A stretch of DNA of 64,000 bases from Octopus bimaculoides (taxonomy: Eukaryota): positions 12,209,786 through 12,273,785 of the forward strand of contig NC_069007.1 in NCBI RefSeq assembly GCF_001194135.2, given 5' to 3'. The notes beneath the pieces were generated by a model, which saw nothing but the letters and a program-made list of their open reading frames with translations, was not told the DNA's origin and searched no databases. Within the stretch, counting starts at the first letter, position 1. Each line of letters opens with the position of its first letter. Positions 1-11,570 of this stretch are shown in pieces. The position numbers were made by a program, and so were the translations under genes.

Positions 1-1325
1 TGGATGCCCTTCCTCATGCCAACCACTTTACAAAATGTGGACAGGTGCTTTTTGCATGACACTGGCATGGCTGCCTGCTATGTGGCCCTTCACAGGTGCT
101 TTTCATAAGGCTCATCCCAAGGCTCTTACAGGGCAAACACCCCTTCAGCTGGGGGATAGGGGATTAACACTTCTGCTGTGGAGGGTAGGTTTTCTTGAAT
201 ACAGCAAGGTACCAGATGTCTCAGTCCATTGTCACCTCTTTCAGAAGGCTCAGTGTCCAGAAGTCGGCCCTCATTACTTTGTCCCATGTATTCTTGGGTC
301 CCCCACTTCCACAAGTTTCATCCACTTTCACAGCTCGGCACTTCTTTATCCAACTCTCCTCATCCATACACATCACATGACCAAACCAGCACAGTCTTCT
401 CTTTTGCGCACTGCATCTAATTCTTCTCATGCCTAACCTTTCACTCAAAACACCCTGTTACACATGTACACTTAAACTGCAAATTCAGCAAAGTATACTA
501 ACCTTATTCCTCTCTAACCTTCACATGTCCTGTGCATTCAGGGCCCACATCTCACTACCATGTAGTATTGCTGCCTGTATACATGCATCATACATACTTC
601 ATTTCACTTGGAAAGCAAGACCTTTTGTTTCCAACAGTGGGATAAGGTCTTTGAATTTTCTCCATCCTATTCTTATTCTTGCAATTAATATTTCTGTACA
701 TCCACTCCCCACTACTAGTTAGGTACCCTAGGTAGCAGAAATTATCTACCACCTCTAAAGAGCCTCCAATATCCTGAGTATCTGTAGTTTTTATGACTCC
801 TGTGAATCTTCCATAGATGGACACTATTTTCTCTGATAACCTTCCTATTATTCCACTGCATCTCTTGTGTATCCATAACTTGCACCGGGTACACTGTATG
901 GAATTCTTGACTACACCTTTTCTACATATCAAGCAGGACCATTTACCTGATGAAGGAATGGTCTTCTATGTTTTCTTGCTTATTGGAACCTTATTCTATG
1001 CTAAGTTAACCTTAAGGCACTTTGACTCCAGGTTTTGCTTTTACACCTGGAATTTCTTTTCTAATTCTGCTACAGAATCTGCTAAAAGAGCAAGATTATC
1101 AGGATATAAAAGTTCCCAGGGGGCAGCCAGTCTTAAATCCTTCTGTTATGGCCTGGAGGACAATGATGAATAGAAGAGGACTGAGAACCAAACCCTGATG
1201 CATGCCTATCTGTGTACTAAATTCATCACTGTACTCATGGTTAATGCTCACCTTACTGACAGAACCCCTGTACATGTTTTAAACAGTTTCCACAAGCCTT
1301 TCCTCTACCCCTAAGCTCCCTGAAT
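1..1325 (-). mobile_element. Decayed RTE-clade LINE, 3' part (RT domain, PHD-like finger, C-terminus, start of 3' UTR)
   Basis: Minus-strand translation across frameshifts gives GMHQGLVLSPLLFII, then LLYPDNL (decayed YADD at 1095-1106), CLICRKGVVKNSIQCTRCKLWIHKRC, LEVVDNFCYLG and RRLCWFGHVMCMDEESWIKKC...KNTWDKV. Positions 1-60 match the RTE 3' UTR seen elsewhere in the window. Confidence 0.92.
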
Positions 1326-1380
1326 GCTGGGGTGTAATTATACTATGACATCACAATATTGGGTACTCTGCAATGTCTTT

Positions 1381-1608
1381 AATAATAATAATAATCCTTT
1401 TTATTATAGGCACAAAGCCTGAAATTTGGTGGAGGGGAATAGTCGATTACATCGACCCTAGTACTCGACTGGTACTTAATTTATCGACCCTGAGAGGATG
1501 ATAAGAACAGTTGACCCTGGCGGAATTTGAACTCAGAACGTAGTGACAGGAAAAATACTGCTAAGCATTTCGTCCAGCGTGCTAACAATTCTGCCAGCTC
1601 ACCATCTT
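1381..1608 (-). mobile_element. tRNA-headed SINE, family A (tail variant 2, ends in (ATT)n)
   Basis: Reverse complement has head GGTGAGCTGGCAGAATTGTTAGC, B-box GAGTTCAAATT, core CATCCTCTCAGGGTCGATAAATTAAGTACCAG and tail AAATTTCAGGCTTTGTGCC...GGATTATTATT. Confidence 0.85.
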
Positions 1609-2057
1609 GTCTTCAATAATAATGATGATGGTGATGGTGATGGTGATGATGATATCATCATAGGAGACGTTATGATAATGAGATCATCACGAGAGGCTTA
1701 ATTTGGGCCAAAGTTTTCTCTCCCACCCCACCACTTTATACACATCTTCTTGTCTGCCTTATCAACACATCAGCCAAAGACACACAAGTGGAGTGTGATA
1801 TTTGCCAAAGATTTCCTGCTAACATTTACAGTTTAGAAGACAGGAAGAAGAGCAGCAACAACAACACTAATTGAAAAAAAAACAAACAAACAGAAGCAAC
1901 AATACTTTACAACAACAGGTCTACATAGGTCATCACTTGAGTCGCTAGAAATAGCAGCTAAAGCTATGTGTAGTAACTGAGTTGATCATAAGGGAAGGAT
2001 ACCTTAGATAATTTAGATGATATATATATATATATCAGGGGCAGCTGTATGGTAGTT

Positions 2058-2385
2058 GCAGGAGTGGTTGTGTGGTAAGAAGCTTGCTTCCCAACCACAT
2101 GGTTGTTGGTTCAGTCCCACTGTGTGGCGCCTTGGGCCAACCATCGCACATATATATATATATATATATGTGTGTGTTTATGTATGTGTCTGTGTTAGTC
2201 CCCCCTCACCACCACCACCATTGCTTGTTGGTGTGTTTATGTCCCCGTAACTTAGTGGTTCAGCTAAAGAGATTCATAGAATAAGTATTTGGCTTAGAAA
2301 GAATAAATCCTGGGGTTGATTTGTTCAACTAAAGGTGGTGCTCCAGCATAGCTGCAGTCAAATGACTGAAACAAGTAAAGGAATA
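2058..2385 (+). mobile_element. SINE family B (tRNA-like head, internal microsatellite), internally deleted
   Basis: Head GGTTGTGTGGTAAGAAGCTTGCTTCCCAACCACATGG, B-box-like GGTTCAGTCCC, internal (TA)n, and 3' half ending CAGTCAAATGACTGAAACAAGTAAA. Many homologous copies occur in the window. Confidence 0.85.
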
Positions 2386-2426
2386 TAAATATATATATAA
2401 AGGAATATGTATATATATTTATATGT

Positions 2427-2477
<51 letters not shown>

Positions 2478-2504
2478 CGTGTGTGTGTGTAATATAAGTA
2501 TCTA

Positions 2505-2840
2505 TGTGCCAGTGTCACATAAATGGTTTGTAAAAAGCACCCTTTGAACTTTGGGCCTCATGGAGGCAGTGACAAATGACTGAGACCTTTGGAAATATGC
2601 CATGCTTGAGAAGACATGTTGAACCAAATGAGATCATAGTCGTGGCCGATGCTGGTGTTTCGTAACTGGTGTCCATGCCAGTGGCATGTGAAAAGCACCC
2701 ACTACACTCTTGGAGTGGTTGACATTAGGAAGGGCATCCAGCCATAGAAACCTTGCTAAATCCGATTGGAACATGGTGCAGCTTACCATCCGACCATCAT
2801 AGAAAATGGACATTAAATTATGATGATGATGACGATGATG
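2505..2840 (+). mobile_element. RTE LINE 3' end (ORF terminus, 3' UTR, (GAT)n tail)
   Basis: GGCCTCATGGAGGCAGTGACA...GACCTTTGG...GCTTGAGAAGAC encodes the ORF end, followed by AAAAGCACCCACTACACTCTTGGAGTGGTTGACATTAGGAAGGGCATCCAGC and a GATGATGAT tail. Confidence 0.8.
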
Positions 2841-2854
2841 ACATCTATATATAT

Positions 2855-4200
2855 ACTAGCAAACACACCTGTCCTTTGGATCGTTTCAGTTGCTTTGGTG
2901 GTATTTTTTTCACCAAATAATTAAACTACGAAGAAGGTTTATGAGTAGTACAGCAATCTATGTTTCTGATTAACCTAGGAACAGAAAATCAAATTGAAGG
3001 CTGATTGTTGTGGAGGTCATTGCACTTTAATGATCATAGAATATATAAGTTTGCAAGTGATGCAAAGTAGAGCTAGTGAAGTACTTTGGAAGTAGATTAC
3101 GGATAATGATTACAAAATACAGTTACCTTACATGAAAGTGAAATTTCTTGTCAGAAACAGCCACATAAATGGTGTAAGAAAATTGAAGGAAGACGTTGAA
3201 ACTTCTCCTCTTGAGTTTATTTTTTTCCAACAGCAAAGGGAGCTATTGTTTCGGAGAGATAACCTAACAAAATCCCCTTTATTCTGTCTTCTCACATAGC
3301 CTGCGCATAAACAGTGAATGCTGCATAAAATTAAATTGGTATGGAGCTTTCTGAAAGATACGTATAGCTTTTGCTAGTGGAAGCAAAACTTTTATTTAAA
3401 GGTTGATTGTTTGGGATGAATCATATATGATTGTTTCAAAAAGGCTAGAATGACAATGTTGAAACGTATCTGAAACAATGGACAACAGACGAAATCTCAT
3501 AATGGATGGGTAAATAAGCATCCTTGAAGTGAAACAACACATTGGTAGATAAACAAAGGTATCGACAAATAGAAGAGAGGGAAGAGAACATCAACTAACT
3601 CAGAATAGGTAAAGGTAAGCTTGCCAAGGTTTAATGCAGTTTAAATATGGAGATTAAGATTCTTTGGTATTGGATATTCATCATGTACAGTGTCCTGAGT
3701 CAATTGAATCACCATCGTAGGCGGACAGCGGAAATAAGTATAGAAAATCCTTTCACTTTTATATAAAGATTAAAAAGTATGGAAGACCCTACACACAAAA
3801 CAACTATGTCCATTTAGGTTCATTTATGCAGTAATTCTGGACAAAATGTTTAGTACATGACTGTCCTTAGGACAGAAGTAATGTGTATGTAAAGTTTGGT
3901 GAAAATCGGTTGAGAATTGTGGAAATGTATGCGTTCAGTGTCCCCAATCAATTTAATCACCATTGCTGGTGGACAGTGGAATTAAATGAATAGACAAAAT
4001 CCTTTCACTTTTATAAAAAGATTGAAAAAGTATGGAAGACCCTACATACAAAAGACTACGTCCATTTACCTCCATTTACATGTAAGCTCTGGGCAAAATA
4101 TAGTACATGATCATCCTTGTGACATAAGTAATGTGTGTAAAGTTTGGTGAAGATCGTTAGTCATTATACACACACAAACTGATTTATATATTCTAATTAG
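2855..4200 (-). mobile_element. Non-autonomous Helitron-like element (Lep1/HINE-like architecture) with an internal ~250-bp tandem duplication
   Basis: The left end ACTAG is a minus-strand 3' CTAG preceded by a decayed hairpin (CCTGTCC-TTT-GGA). The right end has AAAGTTTGGTGAAGATCG...ACACACACAAAC...TTTATATATT. Segments 3709-3930 and 3956-4160 are clear direct copies. Confidence 0.55.
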
Positions 4201-4264
4201 TATATATATACTAATGTATATATATATATATATTTGTATGTGTATGTATGTATTTGCATAGGTT

Positions 4265-4460
4265 TATGTGTGTGTGTTTTTATGTCTGCTTGAAAACTAG
4301 TGTTGGTATGTTTACTTCTCCCTGACCTAGTGGTTCAGCAAATGAGACCGATAAATTAAGTAATGCCAGTCTTAAAATAAGATAAGTACCAGGTGTGATT
4401 TGTTCGACTAAAACTCCTCCAGCATGGCCACTGTCTAATGACTGAAGTAAGTAAAAGACA
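4265..4460 (+). mobile_element. SINE family B, 3' half
   Basis: GACCTAGTGGTTCAGCAAATGAGACCGATAAATTAAG...GATTTGTTCGACTAAA...CCAGCATGGCCACTGTCTAATGACTGAA. Confidence 0.75.
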
Positions 4461-5541
4461 AGTGCTAAATAGCGATATTTACATTGGTTCCAATAGAATG
4501 GTATGTCATGGATGGATTTATTCCATATGAGCTACAACAGTAATATAGTAACAACCATATGAAAGCCACAACTGACATTCAACCTGCTAAAAATAGCAGC
4601 CAAATCTTTGTCACAACTGTGCAACATGGCCACCACTACTGTAACTACAACACTACCACCGAAACTGCAACACTCCTCTCACCACTTCCACAACTACCAC
4701 CTCTGCAATTGTCACTGCACAGTTCCTCGATGTCTTTGAATTTTTCTTCAGTAAAATGTCACAACAAACGCACACTTCCTCTGTCCGCCTGCCTGCCCGN
4801 NNNNNNNNNNNNNNNNNNNNNNNNNNNNNNNNNNNNNNNNNNNNNNNNNNNNNNNNNNNNNNNNNNNNNNNNNNNNNNNNNNNNNNNNNNNNNNNNNNNN
4901 NNNNNNNNNNNNNNNNNNNNNNNNNNNNNNNNNNNNNNNNNNNNNNNNNNNNNNNNNNNNNNNNNNNNNNNNNNNNNNNNNNNNNNNNNNNNNNNNNNNN
5001 NNNNNNNNNNNNNNNNNNNNNNNNNNNNNNNNNNNNNNNNNNNNNNNNNNNNNNNNNNNNNNNNNNNNNNNNNNNNNNNNNNNNNNNNNNNNNNNNNNNN
5101 NNNNNNNNNNNNNNNNNNNNNNNNNNNNNNNNNNNNNNNNNNNNNNNNNNNNNNNNNNNNNNNNNNNNNNNNNNNNNNNNNNNNNNNNNNNNNNNNNNNN
5201 NNNNNNNNNNNNNNNNNNNNNNNNTATATATATATATATATGTATGTATATATATATATGTATATTTATCACAGATTACACACATTTTAATGTCTATAAA
5301 ATTCCTTATTCCTGTTATGTGGGTGTATGAGTGGATGATATATTTTCATATATATAACCACATATGCAAAACACACACTTGCACACACACACACACGCAC
5401 ACATGCTCCAGTATGAAATATCTTCATATTGATCAACACCCACACAAATCTGTGATTGAAGTGATTTTTCTCTTCTTGTGTAACTGTATTGATTTTATTT
5501 CACTCATAGCTGCTTTCTCTCTGTGTTGGCTTCGATTTTTC

Positions 5542-5619
5542 TACAGCTTTTGCACATATACACCGACACATACACACACCTACAGCTTTTGCATATATAC
5601 ACCTACACATACACACACC
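5542..5619. repeat. 39-bp tandem duplication
   Basis: TACAGCTTTTGCA(C/T)ATATACACC(G/T)ACACATACACACACC occurs twice. Confidence 0.85.
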
Positions 5620-6651
5620 TACACAGCTGTATGTGTACATACATGCACATCTGTATACATATACATACACGCATTCATGCACACACAACACACCTACATA
5701 CATATGATTGTGTACATAAGCGCACATCTGACTATATATATATATATACATAGATATATATACATAGATACAGACATATCAGACACATAGACACGTATAT
5801 CAAACATACATTGGCACATGTGTGTGTGTGAATATGTGTACATCTACATACATACACGCTCATCAAATATACGCACATATATTGATACACAACACATAAA
5901 CACACACATTCATACATACATAGTGCAAACACACATCACATATACATCTATACACATAGATATAAATACATACACATATATACTCATACATGCCCATGCC
6001 TACATAAACAACACATGCACACAATGCGAATACACACACACACACACATACATGAATTCAAAGCAGTAATTAGGCAAAAAAGAGCACAATACATGTTTTT
6101 AAATAACTTTATTATTGTTATAACCTTTAATGTGGTAGCATCTCCCCTTGATTGATGTTAATCCCACATGTTTTTGTAATTTTTTTTTTTTTTTGTGCTG
6201 TAACTCATCTGTCGATATTGTCCGCCATGTCTTGGACCCTTGTGGCCAATAAAAGGAATCATTATTTTCATTATCATTATTATTATTATTATTATTTACT
6301 TTTAATCTACATGTTTGTTACAACCACTCGCTGAGATACACCCAGCATCCTAGGGTGAGTGAAGGATAAGAGATGTACGACTGAAAGCTTGTGGGGGGCA
6401 AGCAACGAAATATCTTCATGTAATACAACACATTTAAATTGATAGGGTTTTTTCTAAGGATATGAGCTGTACTTGTCAGTATAATCTTTTAGATTTCTCT
6501 GAGATATGATTCTCCTGGGATATTATCTAGATGTCTCTGAGATCCCTTTCTTATCATACTGAGGGTGCCCACAATTACAGGAACAGTTCTCCCTTTAAGA
6601 TGCTATGTATTTTGTATTTCAAAGTTCTTGCTATTAAGATGCCTCATCTTG

Positions 6652-6703
<52 letters not shown>

Positions 6704-6734
6704 TTTTATTATTATTGCTATTATTATCATCATT

Positions 6735-7230
6735 GGGTGAGAAAGCAGTGCATGCCATCAAAGTGACACTGGGGTACAAATATACAAAGCCCAGTATACC
6801 TATCATGACTACCTGTCTGATAAGGGTGCACCAGGCACATGCATCACAACCATATGTGCGCAACATGGTGATCTCATATCAAGGTAAACAGTGCATGACT
6901 TTGCAAGTAGGGCTCAGTTAGAATTTTCTTCAGCTCGAGTAGCCCATCCTGCTCAAGAGATCCCTGAATGAAGGTTACTTAAGGATGATGAACGAAACAC
7001 CCGTGTTCCCAGAGGTGAATTATTCAAACCCCAAAGAATTCCTCTCAACACATGGCTGTGATGCTCCCCACTACTTCTGCTTGTGATCAGAGATGCACCT
7101 ATCATCAGCCACTGAGGGACATGCTCAACTGGTTAAGGTCAAACAACTGACAAGCAAATCTGTGGTATTGAGCTGAACATTTGCTCATCTTTTATACCAA
7201 GACAAAACAATGTACATGATAACACTTCCA
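6735..7230 (-). mobile_element. ~500-bp interspersed element embedded in (ATT)n, probably a non-LTR retrotransposon 3' UTR with a (TAA)n tail
   Basis: Non-microsatellite segment GAGAAAGCAGTGCATGCCATCAAAGTGACACTGGGG...GATAACACTTCCA with (ATT)n on both sides. It resembles an abundant octopus repeat as I recall it; the family assignment is inference. Confidence 0.6.
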
Positions 7231-7285
7231 GTTATTATTGTCATTATTATTATTGTTATCATTATTATTATTGTTGTTATTATTA

Positions 7286-7490
7286 TTAGCACGCCGGGTA
7301 AAATACCTAACAGCTTTTCATATGACTCTATGTTCTGAGTTCAAATTCCGCTGAGGTCAACTTTTCCTTTCATCCATTCAGGGTTGATAAATTAAGTACC
7401 AGTAGTACACTGGGGTTATTGTATTCAACTTGTCTTCTCCCCTGAAATTTCAGGCATTGTGCATTTAGTAGAAATTATTATTATTATTAA
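7286..7490 (+). mobile_element. SINE family A (5'-truncated), first of a tandem triplet
   Basis: TTAGCACGCCGGG...GTTCTGAGTTCAAATTCCGCTGAGGTCAAC...GATAAATTAAGTACCAG...AAATTTCAGGCATTGTGC...ATTATT. Confidence 0.85.
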
Positions 7491-7510
7491 TAATAATTAT
7501 CGTTATCATC

Positions 7511-7736
7511 AAGGTGGTGAGCTGGCAGAATCATTAACATGCTGGCTGAAATGCTTAGTGGTATTTCACCTGTTGTTCTATTCTGAGTTCAAATTCCACC
7601 GAGGTTGACTTTGCCTTTCATCTTTTTGGGGTTGAGTACCATCCTTTTGGGGTGAAGTACCAGTTGAACACTGGGGTCAATGTAATCGACTCATCCGCTT
7701 CCCCAAAATTGGTGCCCTTGTGACAAAATTTGAAAT
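7511..7736 (+). mobile_element. SINE family A, second of the triplet
   Basis: AAGGTGGTGAGCTGGCAGAATCATTAAC...GAGTTCAAATTCCACCGAGGTTGACTTTGCCTTTCATC. Confidence 0.85.
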
Positions 7737-7740
7737 TGTT

Positions 7741-7960
7741 AGCTCGCTGGCGGAACCGTTAGCACGCTGGACGAAATGCTTAGCGGTATTTTACCCATCA
7801 CTACATTCTGAGTTCAAATTCTGCCAAGGTCAACTTTGCCTTTCATCCTTTCAGGGTCAATTAAATAAGTATCAGTAACATACTGGGGACGATGTCATTG
7901 ACTTAATCCCTTCCCCCAAACTTGAGACCTTGTGCTTTTAGTAGAAAGGATTATTATTAT
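7741..7960 (+). mobile_element. SINE family A, third of the triplet
   Basis: GCTGGCGGAACCGTTAGCACGCTGG...GAGTTCAAATTCTGCC...GTAGAAAGGATTATTATT. Confidence 0.85.
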
Positions 7961-8184
7961 TATTATTAGTATTATTATTCTTTTATGTTTGACTTTTGGT
8001 TTGTATTTGTACAAGTTGGCTCCAAGTCTCATCCAGAGATCTCAAGAGACAAGTCAGAAGTTCAAGTTGGTGTTATGCCTAGGGTGCCATATATTTGGTT
8101 TTGCACAATGTATTGTTCAAGAGAATGTTTAAGGAAGTATAAGAAAATTGTAAGTTTGTCTTATAATTTGAGATTACATAGACA

Positions 8185-8238
<54 letters not shown>

Positions 8239-9205
8239 GTCATCATCATCATCATTATTATTATCATTAGCTGATAGTAACAATGTCACATTATCACTCA
8301 GAGGTTCAGAAATTATTGGTTCATCAGGTATTGTAGCAAAATGATCTGGGTATTTATGTAATGCCTCATTACAATTAATTACTACAGCAATTATAATTAC
8401 TGTTGACTATTCTATTGCTATATTTTAAATGGTAAGCATTGATTATTATTGATGGAAAGAAAATGAGTGATGTGTAGGTATGAGATCTATACCTAAACTG
8501 GATGGTATGTAGAGGTGGTTTATAATTGAGGTGTTTATATAGATAGTTGATTAATTAATTGCGTGTAAAGGCAATTCAGTAATGTGATTTTCTTAAAAGA
8601 ACTGTGAAAAAATGCCTATAATATTTTGAATTTTTAATATGAGAGTGGTAGGCTAGAGAAGGTCAAACAAGCGTTATCATCTTTTATGGTGGTTGTTAAT
8701 TGGGGATATTTTTCTTTTTTCTCAGAAATGATTATATTGGTAAAAAAATCTGTGTATTTCAATACAAATCTTCTCATGGGTGAAATTATATCAATTTAGT
8801 TTGTTTAGTCAATATTTAGCATAATATTCAAGTATAAATAATTTTGAAGTGTACACAACTGACAGGAGGTATCAGGTTGTGAAAGCTATTTGTGATTGAG
8901 AAATTTAAGCCTAGGCATTGTCATAAGGCTGATTGTTATGATTCTGTATTGCATATAACTGAGAAGAGACATCTGGATGGTAAAAGCACCAAATCATTGG
9001 CTCATGCAAGAATTCATTTCCACTTTGTACGTCATTAAGAAGCAATAAAATGTAATCATTAATGAACTGACATACATTATACACACTCATGTATATACAA
9101 CATTGTGCATCCATACATAGATATGTAAATATACACACACACAAACACACACATATATATATATTTATATCTGTGCTTGTGCATATATGTTTGTTTGTGT
9201 GTGTT

Positions 9206-9284
<79 letters not shown>

Positions 9285-9451
9285 NNNNNNNNNNNNNNNN
9301 NNNNNNNNNNNNNNNNNNNNNNNNNNNNNNNNNNNNNNNNNNNNNNNNNNNNNNNNNNNNNNNNNNNNNNNNNNNNNNNNNNNNNNNNNNNNNNNNNNNN
9401 NNNNNNNNNNNNNNNNNNNNNNNNNNNNNNNNNNNNNNNNNNNNNNNNNNN

Positions 9452-9515
<64 letters not shown>

Positions 9516-10064
9516 CCATATACATATATATGCACATGTGTGTATGTATATTGGGTACCCTAACCATTTTCTATAATTTTTGATGTTCCCTGTCCAATTA
9601 ATCATTACAGTCTCATCTTTAATTAGTCGTTTCACCAATTTACTTCATTTATGTCTCAGTTAAAATGAACATTCCTCCATAGAACTTTCTTTCGAATCAA
9701 AGGAAAACATTGGAATGGCAGGCAGTTGGTGGGTGGGGAATGATTAATGTAACGAGGTTGACGGAATAAATTAGTGTGGTGGGAGGAGGAAGACGGAGGA
9801 GGAGGATGACGACAATGATGGTGATGACAAGGATGTTCGTGATGAAGACAGCGTCGATGGCAATGACATCTGTTGTGACAATGCAGGAGCGAGAGGTGAT
9901 TGATGATGAAACGAACCTCAATATTTCACTAGTACTTTATTTTATCGACCCCACCCCCAAAAGAAAGGAACATAATGTTAACCTCGGCAGGATTTGAACT
10001 CAGAATGTAAAGTTTCAGATCAAACACCACCAATTATTATTTCCTGATTCTCTAACAATTCTTA

Positions 10065-10275
10065 CTGAGCTTGACATGTCTTCTCAAGCGGAGCAAATCA
10101 CCAGAAGTCTCAGTTACTTGTGCTCGTCTCCATAAGACTCAACAACCGAAGATCATATTTCAGTACCTCATCCCATGTCTTCCTGAGTCTACTTCTTCCA
10201 CAGGCTCCCTCCACAATTAGAGATCACCACTTCTTTATGCAGTTTGCCTCATCCCTACACATCACATGACCAGGC
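10065..10275 (-). mobile_element. RTE LINE ORF C-terminal fragment
   Basis: Minus strand reads GHVMCRDEANCIKKW*SLIVEGACGRSRLRKTWDEVLKYDLRLLSL, homologous to the C-terminus of the element at 1-1325. Confidence 0.8.
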
Positions 10276-10436
10276 TTCTTGCAGTTTCTGTATATCTCCC
10301 AGCCCCTAAAGGATGGAAGGCAAGGCTGACTTCAGTAGGGCTTGAACTCAAAACATAAAAATGAAATACCACAGGATATTTCGTTCAATGCTCCAAAGCT
10401 TCTACCATTTCACTTCCAAGAAAACAGATTTATTTA

Positions 10437-10665
10437 ACGAGCTGGCAGAATCGTTAGCACGCTGGGCGAAATGCTTAGCGGTATTTCATCTGCCATTACG
10501 TTCTGAGTTCAAATTCTGCCAGTCGACTTTCCTTTCATCCTTTCGGGAGTCAATAAATTAAGTACCAGTTATGCACTGGGGTCGATATAATTGACTTAAT
10601 CCTTTTGTCTGTCCTTGTTTGTCCCCTCTATGTTTAGCCACTTGTGGGCAATAAAGAAATAAGAA
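10437..10665 (+). mobile_element. SINE family A (tail variant 1)
   Basis: GAGCTGGCAGAATCGTTAGCACGCTGGGCGAAATGCTTAGCGG...GTTCAAATT...GTCCCCTCTATGTTTAGCCACTTGTGGGCAATAAAGAAATAAGAAA. Confidence 0.9.
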
Positions 10666-10931
10666 AACAGATTTATTAACAGTCGTTAATTATAATTCAT
10701 ATTGTATCATTTTTATATATTTACATATATCTTTGTTAATATATATTTATATACATTTCATGATATATATTTATATACATTTTATAATATATATTTATAT
10801 GAATTTTATGATATATATTTGTATATTTTAGAATGAAATTCTAAAAATATCATTCTGAAATAAGAAGTGACAAACACAATATCACATCTGAAAGTGAAAG
10901 TATTTTTAAAAAATAAAAAATGTAAACTAGG

Positions 10932-11570
10932 TTATGCCTGAGTGATAACATTTTTCCCGAAGTAGCTGCGCTCAGCTTCTACCACAATCTCAGGATGGCT
11001 CCAGAACCTGGCGCATGTATTCCTCACTGTGTCCATGATGAGAACTTCAAACAGCTCCTTGATCTTGACCATTAGTTTGGCCTTGGTGTTGCTGGCATTG
11101 AGATTGATGTATTTCTCACCCATGCCCAACACATAGTAATCCATGGGATTGCAATCAGGGAATTTAGGAAGGTAGAAATTGGAGCTGGTGAAGTAGTAGA
11201 AATTTTCTGACAACCACTTCTGATCCAAGTGGACCACTTCCAAAAGTCTGGCAAGGAGTTGATTCCTGCTGCTACACATTCTCCAGCTACAATCCTCTTG
11301 AGCCAAGGTTTGACCAGTCTCCAACAATTCCACATCACCGTTTGAATTGAGCCTAAGGTCTTTTTCAAAGATGTGGGCTGGCATGGTATCACCCCTGCTG
11401 GAGACACACCCAGAGACCATCTCAGTTTGGGTGAACTTGGTTTTCATGATGTCCATGTCACATCTCACATCTCCTACATTGGTCACATGGCAGCAGTTAC
11501 GATGTCAACACTTTGATACCTGACATGAGTCATCCTGACACAGGTAACTCTTTTCCATTATTCAGATCGC
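10932..11570 (-). pseudogene. Decayed Tc1/mariner transposase catalytic region, maT/DD37D-like
   Basis: Frames joined across shifts give MKTKFTQTEMVSGCVSS, HIFEKDLRLNSNG, VKPWLKRIVAG..V*QQESTPC, QKWLSENFYYFTSSNFYLPKFPDCNPMDYYV and KIKELFEVL..DTVRNTCARFWSH.E.VVEAE. The PDxNPxDY motif ending in D is the maT signature. Confidence 0.8.
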
